From IMG/VR virus record IMGVR_UViG_3300037854_000066, positions 1 to 42,977 of that record: DNA of 42,977 bases, one strand, 5' to 3'. The number at the start of each line of letters is the position of its first letter. Position 1 is the stretch's first letter. The position numbers were made by a program, and so were the translations under genes. The DNA comes from a virus (Duplodnaviria; Caudoviricetes). Shown here one piece after another: positions 36,208 to 42,977 of this stretch. Under the pieces are notes generated by a model. That model searched no databases, had not been told where the DNA came from, and saw nothing but the letters and a program-made list of their open reading frames with translations.

Positions 36208-36504
36208 ATGCATAAGATCAATCTCAAGAAACCGCTCACAGTATTCGGAAATCCAGCTCATGACGGAAGCGGGGCTATTCTGATCAATGAAGCCATCGCC
36301 AATTGCCTAATTCAAGGCCGAACCTCCAATCCAGCGAAGAATATGTCTATCTGCCTTCGTCTACACGACCAAGGAGAATTGGAATTGGATGATCATGATT
36401 TGGAGTTTCTGAAATCTACCATCAATCAGTGCCAGACTGCCACTGACCTACTGATCGGCACTGTGCTAAAGGAAATCGAAGAGCAGACTAAGAAAGCGGA
36501 GTAA
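36208..36504 (+). CDS. Hypothetical tail-associated protein (fibre chaperone candidate)
   Basis: INLKKPL..FG...GELELDDHDLEFLK. Confidence 0.65.
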   Translation: MHKINLKKPLTVFGNPAHDGSGAILINEAIANCLIQGRTSNPAKNMSICLRLHDQGELELDDHDLEFLKSTINQCQTATDLLIGTVLKEIEEQTKKAE

Positions 36505-36653
36505 TCTCCGCTTTCTCATCACCACCACTTCCTAAATCCTTTCTTGTCTCCGGGCTTGCGGTTACGATACCTGCCGAATCTGGATCCAAGCCAGATGGCC
36601 AGGAACCAGATGAGGAGGATGAGGGGGATGTAGTACCATTCCATGCTATTAAA

Positions 36654-37046
36654 TCAATTCTTCTTTGTAAGTCCGTATTTCTTCGGCTTTGGTAAGTCAC
36701 TGACATCCCCAGGAGGATAAACCATCGGAATAGCGAATTCTATATTGGTGATGCTTTGATTAGAGTTGCTCGACTGTTCTTGAGCTCCACCACTGAACAA
36801 ACCGGTTAGGACGGCAATTCCAGCTTTGGTGCCATCCTCACTCCCAGCAGATACGCCTACATTAAACTTCACCTCGTTCACAGCTCTATTTCCATATCCG
36901 TCATTTCTGACTACGGATGAGTCTCCAGTCCTTATAATAGCCTCTGGTGCGATGATAGCGCCTGTTTCATGCAATGATTCTTGAGCATCCGATATTCCCT
37001 GTGCGATTTGGGTCAGGGTTTCCTTGATAAATTCCTTTAATTCCAT
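36654..37046 (-). CDS. Moron, recalled as Trypco2-like
   Basis: MELKEFIKETLTQIAQGISDAQ...VKFNVGV...IEFAIPM; family name from memory. Confidence 0.7.
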   Translation of the reverse strand: MELKEFIKETLTQIAQGISDAQESLHETGAIIAPEAIIRTGDSSVVRNDGYGNRAVNEVKFNVGVSAGSEDGTKAGIAVLTGLFSGGAQEQSSNSNQSITNIEFAIPMVYPPGDVSDLPKPKKYGLTKKN

Positions 37047-37141
37047 GGTTTATTAATTTGGTTTCTAAAGATAAGATAATAGGTAAAGGCAGAAATCTGA
37101 ACCAGTACAGACAGAAATCAAAGAATTCTTCTTAAAACCAC

Positions 37142-37177
37142 TGTCCTACACTCTCCCAGGCATTTCTTGCACTTTGG
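37142..37177 (+). promoter_or_regulatory. Candidate late promoter TGTCC-N23-CACTTTGG
   Basis: Heads the tape measure gene. Confidence 0.6.
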
Positions 37178-37180
37178 TTT

Positions 37181-37261
37181 CGTCATTGCGATCCCGATGC
37201 GTCGGGAGAAGCAATCTCACAAATGAGACTGCCACGGCTCGTCCCTCGCCTCGCAGTGACG
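37181..37261 (+). repeat. Full-length REP-like element in the tape measure leader
   Basis: CGTCATTGCGA...GCAATCTC...GAGACTGC...TCGCAGTGACG. Confidence 0.9.
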
Positions 37262-37277
37262 ATAAACCAATAAAGAA

Positions 37278-40277
37278 ATGGCCAAAGTCAAAGAAGATCT
37301 CTCGCGTGTCCGTCTGGAGGTGGACGGAAAACAGGCAATCAATCAGCTGGGCAAGCTGGAAATGGAGGCGAAGGAGCTTCGCATCGACCTGAAGAATGCC
37401 AAGAAAGGCACGGAGGAATACATCGCCACCAATAAGAAGCTGAAAGCCGTCGAGGCGAATATCAAGTCCATGCGAAAGGAGCTGGGCCTGACTGGCATGA
37501 CCATGTCGCAGCTCTCCCGCTATCAGCGCGAACTCCGAAAGGAAATTCAGAATACGACCACTAAAGGCACTGCCGAATACAAGCAGCTCAAAGCCGAGCT
37601 CCTGCAGGTAAATAAGGTACTTACCCAACAACGCAAAGAACTGGCCGGCACGGCCGGATTCTTTGGTGATATCAAGAAGGAATTGAAGTCCTTTGCCGTG
37701 CTGGCTGTGGGTGCCTTAGGAATCACCGAACTGATCGGTCGCTTCCAAAACCTCATACGTGGATCCGCTGAGCTTTCAGATCAGTTTTCAGATGTACAGA
37801 AAACCACGGAACTCACCAAGTTGGAACTGGAAGCACTGATGAAGGAATTCAAAACCTTCAATACCCGAACGCCACGGGCTGAACTCCTGAAGCTGGCCGA
37901 TGAGGCCGGAAAGATGGGTATCAGAGGAGTGAAGAATATCGCCAGCTATGTACAACAGACCAATGAACTCACCACTGCGCTGGGTGATCTGGGAGATAAT
38001 GCAGGTTTGAAAGTGGCTAAGATGGCCGATCGATTTGACGTATCCATGCGACAGATCGGATCCGGGATCAATGCCGTGGCCGATAATACCAAGGCCACTG
38101 CGCCATTCATTACAGAATTCCTCAGCAGACTATCAGGCATCGCCAATGAGATCGATATCAAAGCCGGTGACATCCTCGGCTATGGTGCGGCCATCGATGA
38201 GATGGGCCTCAATGTGGAAATGTCATCGACTGCGCTCAATAACTTCTTTATTGACTTTACCAAGAACACCGAGGCCTTTGGCGAGGCCGCAGGTTTTGCC
38301 GAAGGCGAACTCTCCAAACTCGTGGGCGAGCAGGGAGCCAATGAAGGATTCCTGGCATTTCTCGAGCGACTGAAAGAAGCCAATCCAGAAAGTGCCGAAT
38401 TCCTTCGAAAGCTAGAGCAGCTGGGAATCGATGGCACGCGTGGATCTCAAGTATTTCTGGCACTATCTCAGAACGTAGACCAGCTTCGAAGCCGACAAGC
38501 TTTGGCCAATGCCGAAATTGCCAAAGGCACCTCCCTGACGGAAGAGTACAACCGGAAGAATGAGAACTTTGCCGGAAACCTGGAACGCATTCAGAAATGG
38601 TTTGCAGGATTCTTTGTGAATGGCGGAGTGATGGATACGCTAAATGAGTTTGTCGGCCTATGGGCCAAGTGGATCCGGATTCCGATCTCCCAGAAACTCG
38701 AAGATGAGCGCACCCAGCTACAGCTGACTTTGATGAAGATCAGTGACACGAATATTGCCCAGGATAAACGAGTGAAACTGATCGAGGAGCTCAAGGCGCA
38801 GTATCCTCAATACCTGGCCGATATCAATTCAGAGAAAGTCACCAATAACCAGCTGGCCACTTCCATCGCTGCGATCAATAAGGAATTGGTGAACAAGATC
38901 ATACTCCAATCAAAAGAAGAAGAGCTGCAGGACTCAGCGGGCAAAGTAGCCCGGACACAGATCAGGCTTTGGAAAGAAGAAGAAGAACTCATGCGCGAGA
39001 TGATCAAGATCTCCGAGGAATACAATCTCAAGATCCTGACAGTTGGTACCACCGCCGATAAGGCCAGCAACCTATTGGAGAAAGCGGCTGCCTTCACCCA
39101 GAATCAGGAAGGCCGAGACGGAAAGCTGATAGGTCCAACCGCCAAACTGATCACACTCTATGGGCAATATCAGCAGACGACCGAAGCGCTGAATGTGCTG
39201 GAAACCCAGAACAATCTCATTCTGGACGAGAAGAACAAACTGATCGAGCGACTTGGAATCAATATGCAGGATCTGCAGACAGACGACACCTTTGAGGTGG
39301 GTAATCCTACTATTGGTGGAACAGAGCCCACCAATGAAGACGTGCAGAACTTTGCCAATGAGGTTGAAGAGGTATTCCGCAATATTCAGGTCAATGCTGC
39401 CGAGGCGAAGGATAGCACACTGGTCAGTACCGAGCTCATGTTTGATCAACTGATCAAGCTCGGCGAGAAGTATAATGTGGATATGTCTCAGCTCGAAGAA
39501 GATCGGGCAGCCGAGCGCAAGCGAAATCAAGAGCAGGCGCTCAAAGATGAGATTGATATTGCTAATGCCAAGCAGATGATTGCCCAGGGCTTGAGTGTGT
39601 CGCTTAGTGCAGCGATAGACTTTATCGGCAATAGGCAGGGAGAGCTGACCGGATTTCAGAAGATGCTGACCATCGCCCAGATAGCCATCGACTCCGCAGC
39701 TGCACTCGGTAAGATTGTGCCACTGGCTGCAGAAGCCTCTGCAGGTTCGGGGCCTGCTGCGCCCTTTGTCTTTGCCGGATACATCGCGACGATGGCGGGC
39801 ACAGTGCTGACAGCTATTGCCCGGGCAAAGCAGGCTTTGACCGATGCCAATGTACCAGACTGGAATCCTGACAATGGTCCCCAGGATAATTCACCACGGC
39901 AGCGGGCAGTGTCCGCTCCAAGATCCAGCTTCTACTACGGTGGCTACACCGGGAATCTCGGTATGGGCACCGGTGATCAGTACGGGGAATTTGCGGGCAT
40001 GGTGCATCAGCGGGAATATGTGATCCCCGAGGTGACTGTAAGTGATCCCTATGTAGCCAACCTTCTGCCGGCGATCGAGCAAATCCGCCAGGATAATATC
40101 CGAGGCTTTAGCTCGATGGGAAGTGGGATGAATATGGGTAGAATGGAGAAACTCCTTGAGGGTATTCTGTCAGCTACTCAAAACTTCCCGAAAGAAATCA
40201 AGGGTAAGTGGGTATATTCGGATTTGGAAGAATTGGAGGAAGAGGATAATTTGCTGAAGAGCAGGTATAGGGCTTAA
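37278..40277 (+). CDS. Tail tape measure protein
   Basis: 999 aa helical; SDVQKTT, ADEAGKMGI core; C-terminal GGYTG...AGMVHQREYVIP. Confidence 0.92.
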   Translation: MAKVKEDLSRVRLEVDGKQAINQLGKLEMEAKELRIDLKNAKKGTEEYIATNKKLKAVEANIKSMRKELGLTGMTMSQLSRYQRELRKEIQNTTTKGTAEYKQLKAELLQVNKVLTQQRKELAGTAGFFGDIKKELKSFAVLAVGALGITELIGRFQNLIRGSAELSDQFSDVQKTTELTKLELEALMKEFKTFNTRTPRAELLKLADEAGKMGIRGVKNIASYVQQTNELTTALGDLGDNAGLKVAKMADRFDVSMRQIGSGINAVADNTKATAPFITEFLSRLSGIANEIDIKAGDILGYGAAIDEMGLNVEMSSTALNNFFIDFTKNTEAFGEAAGFAEGELSKLVGEQGANEGFLAFLERLKEANPESAEFLRKLEQLGIDGTRGSQVFLALSQNVDQLRSRQALANAEIAKGTSLTEEYNRKNENFAGNLERIQKWFAGFFVNGGVMDTLNEFVGLWAKWIRIPISQKLEDERTQLQLTLMKISDTNIAQDKRVKLIEELKAQYPQYLADINSEKVTNNQLATSIAAINKELVNKIILQSKEEELQDSAGKVARTQIRLWKEEEELMREMIKISEEYNLKILTVGTTADKASNLLEKAAAFTQNQEGRDGKLIGPTAKLITLYGQYQQTTEALNVLETQNNLILDEKNKLIERLGINMQDLQTDDTFEVGNPTIGGTEPTNEDVQNFANEVEEVFRNIQVNAAEAKDSTLVSTELMFDQLIKLGEKYNVDMSQLEEDRAAERKRNQEQALKDEIDIANAKQMIAQGLSVSLSAAIDFIGNRQGELTGFQKMLTIAQIAIDSAAALGKIVPLAAEASAGSGPAAPFVFAGYIATMAGTVLTAIARAKQALTDANVPDWNPDNGPQDNSPRQRAVSAPRSSFYYGGYTGNLGMGTGDQYGEFAGMVHQREYVIPEVTVSDPYVANLLPAIEQIRQDNIRGFSSMGSGMNMGRMEKLLEGILSATQNFPKEIKGKWVYSDLEELEEEDNLLKSRYRA

Positions 40278-41158
40278 GAATATTGGATATTAATAATTCC
40301 TCTATTTCGTAATTCAAAGAAACATCGAGCAGTGGCCAGCGTATCCGTATTAGCTTGATGCAATCCTTCTGGCTCCGTCCCAAACAAGTGGGTATGTAAC
40401 TCCGACAGAGTTCCGTTCTTCTTTCTGCCATTGATATCCAATGGTGTAAAGTCATGGAGATTCCTGGCATACTCCATGGTGCATATCCACGGTATTCTGA
40501 AGTCATCTGCCACTTTGAACCGCCTCATATTTGCTTCAATCACATCATGATCAAAGGCTGCATTATGCGCTACCATGAAATCAACCTCCATGCTAAGCTC
40601 ATACAGTCGATCAAGAATTGAGTTGGGTTTGACTCCCATTGTTTTGCACATTTCATCGGTAATACCATGAATTTCTATACTATCAGGAGGTAGCGGTCTA
40701 GGCTGTTTGAAGATGACTGATTCAGACTCGATCAATTCATCATCGCTGTCGTATACCTGGTAAGCGAGCTGAACAATCCGAGGCCAATTGCTTAGATTCT
40801 TTGGGTCCTTATTTCTGTACTTTCTCAGCCCTGAAGTTTCTACATCCAGAATAATGTAAGCCGGTTCTTCTGAACCAGCTGAAATAAGGACGGTATCTTT
40901 CGAGAATCTTGGATCGTCTGGCTCAATATCATCTACGACGGGATATTCCACCGTGATAGAAATATTCGGACTTCGTTTCTTAGATTCTTTGATAGGCTTC
41001 TCTTCAGGCTCAGAGATAGCCCTATCAAATGATTCTTTGATAAACCGATCTGCAGGAGTTTCCGACGTACCTTGGCGAGATGGTTTGTTTGCTAGTTTGT
41101 AAAGTGCGTAGATCAGAAGCGCAATGAGCGCCCCATAGAAGAGGTATGTAATAAACAT
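40274..41158 (-). CDS. DEDDh 3'-5' exonuclease (DnaQ-like) with N-terminal TM anchor
   Basis: LDVETSG (ExoI), VAHNAAFD (ExoII), HQANTD (ExoIII); hydrophobic residues 2-21. Confidence 0.88.
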   Translation of the reverse strand: MFITYLFYGALIALLIYALYKLANKPSRQGTSETPADRFIKESFDRAISEPEEKPIKESKKRSPNISITVEYPVVDDIEPDDPRFSKDTVLISAGSEEPAYIILDVETSGLRKYRNKDPKNLSNWPRIVQLAYQVYDSDDELIESESVIFKQPRPLPPDSIEIHGITDEMCKTMGVKPNSILDRLYELSMEVDFMVAHNAAFDHDVIEANMRRFKVADDFRIPWICTMEYARNLHDFTPLDINGRKKNGTLSELHTHLFGTEPEGLHQANTDTLATARCFFELRNRGIINIQYS

Positions 41159-41217
41159 TTGAAAAGTAGTTTGATGAAAAGTATCTTGTAACTATAATTC
41201 AATTAAATAAATCCTAA

Positions 41218-41562
41218 ATGAAAAACCTAATTCCGCTGATTCTCTTACTTTTCGCATGTTCTTCTCCTGGCCTTGAAGGCAATTGGACTGCATCCAATAT
41301 GTACACTTCTTCTCCCGGTTCTGGAATGCAAACTCTTGACCTACCATTTCAGTCTGTCAGATTCTTTGCTGACTCCGTGGAAGTAGATGGAGAAATGGCT
41401 GGAATTGTTACCGAAAAGATTCAAGGAGAAGATCATTTGATCTTTAGATACCAGGACACCACCCGGTACTTTGTCATCAAAGATCTTGAAAGTAATCTGA
41501 TGATCCTGGAAACTGACTCCTTCTACCAAGGGCAGAAAGCTCTTGTATCCCTGAAAAGATAA
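41218..41562 (+). CDS. Lipoprotein, lipocalin-like
   Basis: Lipobox LFAC; LEGNW motif after the signal peptide. Confidence 0.7.
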   Translation: MKNLIPLILLLFACSSPGLEGNWTASNMYTSSPGSGMQTLDLPFQSVRFFADSVEVDGEMAGIVTEKIQGEDHLIFRYQDTTRYFVIKDLESNLMILETDSFYQGQKALVSLKR

Positions 41563-41576
41563 CTGCATCTTTGTTT

Positions 41577-41681
41577 TGCTGACCGTATTGAAATTGATTG
41601 CCGCGCCTGCTCCTAGGAAATGGGGGCCGGAGTGTGGGTGAAAGTCCCATCCTGCTATGCGTGGCATCAGTACGGTCAGCA
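41577..41681 (+). ncRNA. Candidate structured RNA / 5' leader
   Basis: 15-bp closing stem, 8-bp inner stem, two small hairpins; -7-like box CATCTTTG at 41566-41573. Confidence 0.55.
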
Positions 41682-41701
41682 CCACCGTAGCCCCCTCTAT
41701 T

Positions 41702-41938
41702 ATGGAAACAAAGATGCTGACCGAGGCGGATCTGACCGCTATCAACACGAAATTCAACCTGGACCTGGACTATGAGAATGCGACGCACTATCGAGCGGCG
41801 CAGGTGATCTGGTCTATCTCCCGACTCAAAGACCTAAGTCTGGAAGCTCTCCCTGATCGGGATACTCCAAAAGCAGACCCAGACCGCGAAGGTACCGCTT
41901 CGTCATGTCCAAGCTCGAATGCCGACACTGACGACTGA
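41702..41938 (+). CDS. Possible small protein overlapping the integrase 3' end antisense
   Basis: ATG 20 nt after the structured leader; only the first ~41 codons lie outside the integrase. Confidence 0.35.
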   Translation: METKMLTEADLTAINTKFNLDLDYENATHYRAAQVIWSISRLKDLSLEALPDRDTPKADPDREGTASSCPSSNADTDD

Positions 41939-42977
41939 CAAACTCGATATCTCTGGTTTGTCGATAGGTGTCGGTAACACCAGTATGCTTCCAGCAGTAG
42001 AGGGTGTATTCCTTTGACAACTTAAGATCCTTCCGAATCTGTAGGTGTCTATTTGAAAAATAGTGCTTACATGGCCTCTTAACGCCTGGGAGTCCATCGT
42101 GGCTAATGATGTAATAATGCTCAGGGGCTTGACGGATTTTGTTTTTTTCAATTAGTCTTTCCAGTGCCGGCGAGATTAGGACGTGTTCAGACTTTTTGTT
42201 TTTTGAAATATGTCCTGGTACAAAGATGGTGCGCTCTTGGATATGCTTCACCTGAAGCTGTAATAATTCCCCGGGACGGATAAATGAATAGTACATAAAT
42301 TGAACCAGCGGGAGGATCTCTGGACATTCCTGAGCATACCTTTCCAAAAGTTTGCTTTGCAGATCCTTTTGAAAGGCCTGTTGATTTACTTGGTCTGTAG
42401 AAAACAGTTTGATGCCTTTAGTAGGTGAGGCGGATATTATTTCTGCATTCACTAAGTCATTGAACAGTAGCTTGGTAAATCTGATATACATATTCTTGGT
42501 GGTATTGCTGACTTTTCTGTCATAAAGGAATGCGAGAAATTCATCGACTAGGGGTCTGTCAACAAATTGCAGAGGAATTGATTCTTGATTTTTTTTAGAG
42601 AGAAAGACTTTGAGTTGATGAATAAGAAATTCCATCATTTTAATGGCTCGGACGCGTACTTGAACTTTTTTCCGATCTGCTGCCAGTTCCCAGGCATCTA
42701 TCCAAGTAATCAATCCCGAAGATGAATTTTTGATGGCAGTAGTTTCACCCAAGTGATAGCCTTCTATGAGCAGCCTGTTGATTTCTTTTATCAACCGATT
42801 TGCCTGATTGAGTCTTTGAGCTTTGGTTTTGAAATTATTTGAAATCCACTTTTGTTTCCTGACAAGTCGATGGGTTCTGGTATCCCATACGTAAAAAGTA
42901 ACTCTCCATCTTTTGGATAGATCGCCACCGGCATCATATAAAGTTGCAAGTTTGTATGGGTAATTTTTCTTGGTCAA
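41826..42977 (-). CDS. int: Tyrosine recombinase / phage integrase
   Basis: SFIRPGEL (Arg), SKNKK (Lys), YCWKHTG, CRHSSLDMTKRY (His, Tyr); N-terminal arm-binding-like and SAM-like regions. Confidence 0.93.
   Translation of the reverse strand: MTKKNYPYKLATLYDAGGDLSKRWRVTFYVWDTRTHRLVRKQKWISNNFKTKAQRLNQANRLIKEINRLLIEGYHLGETTAIKNSSSGLITWIDAWELAADRKKVQVRVRAIKMMEFLIHQLKVFLSKKNQESIPLQFVDRPLVDEFLAFLYDRKVSNTTKNMYIRFTKLLFNDLVNAEIISASPTKGIKLFSTDQVNQQAFQKDLQSKLLERYAQECPEILPLVQFMYYSFIRPGELLQLQVKHIQERTIFVPGHISKNKKSEHVLISPALERLIEKNKIRQAPEHYYIISHDGLPGVKRPCKHYFSNRHLQIRKDLKLSKEYTLYCWKHTGVTDTYRQTRDIEFVSRQCRHSSLDMTKRYLRGLGLLLEYPDQGELPDLGL

Larger units (their letters stand above)
1..42977. mobile_element. Temperate tailed phage / prophage (siphovirus-like), probable Bacteroidota host
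   Basis: Co-occurrence of primase-helicase, ClpP-like protease, capsid, terminase, portal, CHAP lysin, tape measure and tyrosine integrase; no host housekeeping genes seen; no sheath gene recognised. Confidence 0.93.

Noticed and set aside
33683-36504. Diversity-generating retroelement or invertible tail-fibre cassette
   Set aside because: No reverse transcriptase or invertase ORF, and no template/variable repeat pair or inverted crossover sites seen
37174-37392. 72-aa ORF containing ETATARPSPRSD
   Set aside because: Translation of the REP element running out of frame into the tape measure gene; its start overlaps the candidate promoter
41630-41690. tRNA or cobalamin riboswitch suggested by GGGTGAAAGTCCC and a nearby CACCA
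   Set aside because: No cloverleaf spacing, no TTCRA T-loop and no B12-box consensus

Overview
A near-complete temperate tailed phage/prophage region, almost certainly from a Bacteroidota host (inferred from TAnnTTTG-like -7 boxes and Bacteroidota-type CCCGAT..TCGGG palindromes). From left to right on the + strand: a chain of short overlapping early genes, a TOPRIM + D5/SF3-type primase-helicase, accessory genes, an HNH nuclease, a first RadC/JAB gene, an iteron-like TGTAAC repeat region, ClpP-like head protease, major capsid, probable tail tube, a hairpin-flanked RadC cassette block, a PLD-family gene, terminase, portal, lysis genes (holin-like, CHAP endolysin, u-spanin-like), neck/tail genes, tail fibre and tape measure. 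A membrane-anchored DEDDh exonuclease and a tyrosine integrase lie on the - strand at the right end. The most unusual signals are non-coding: (i) two ~105-nt long hairpins with identical arms and different tips, each heading a self-terminated gene cassette; (ii) a nested ~280-nt candidate structured RNA at 28.6-28.9 kb and a ~105-nt one at 41.6 kb; (iii) seven copies of a REP-like palindrome, five of them inside reading frames; (iv) six TGTCC-N23-(-7 box) candidate late promoters with identical spacing; (v) a fixed AAGGAGG junction linker chaining the early genes. All protein family calls are from motif recognition by eye; no database search was run.
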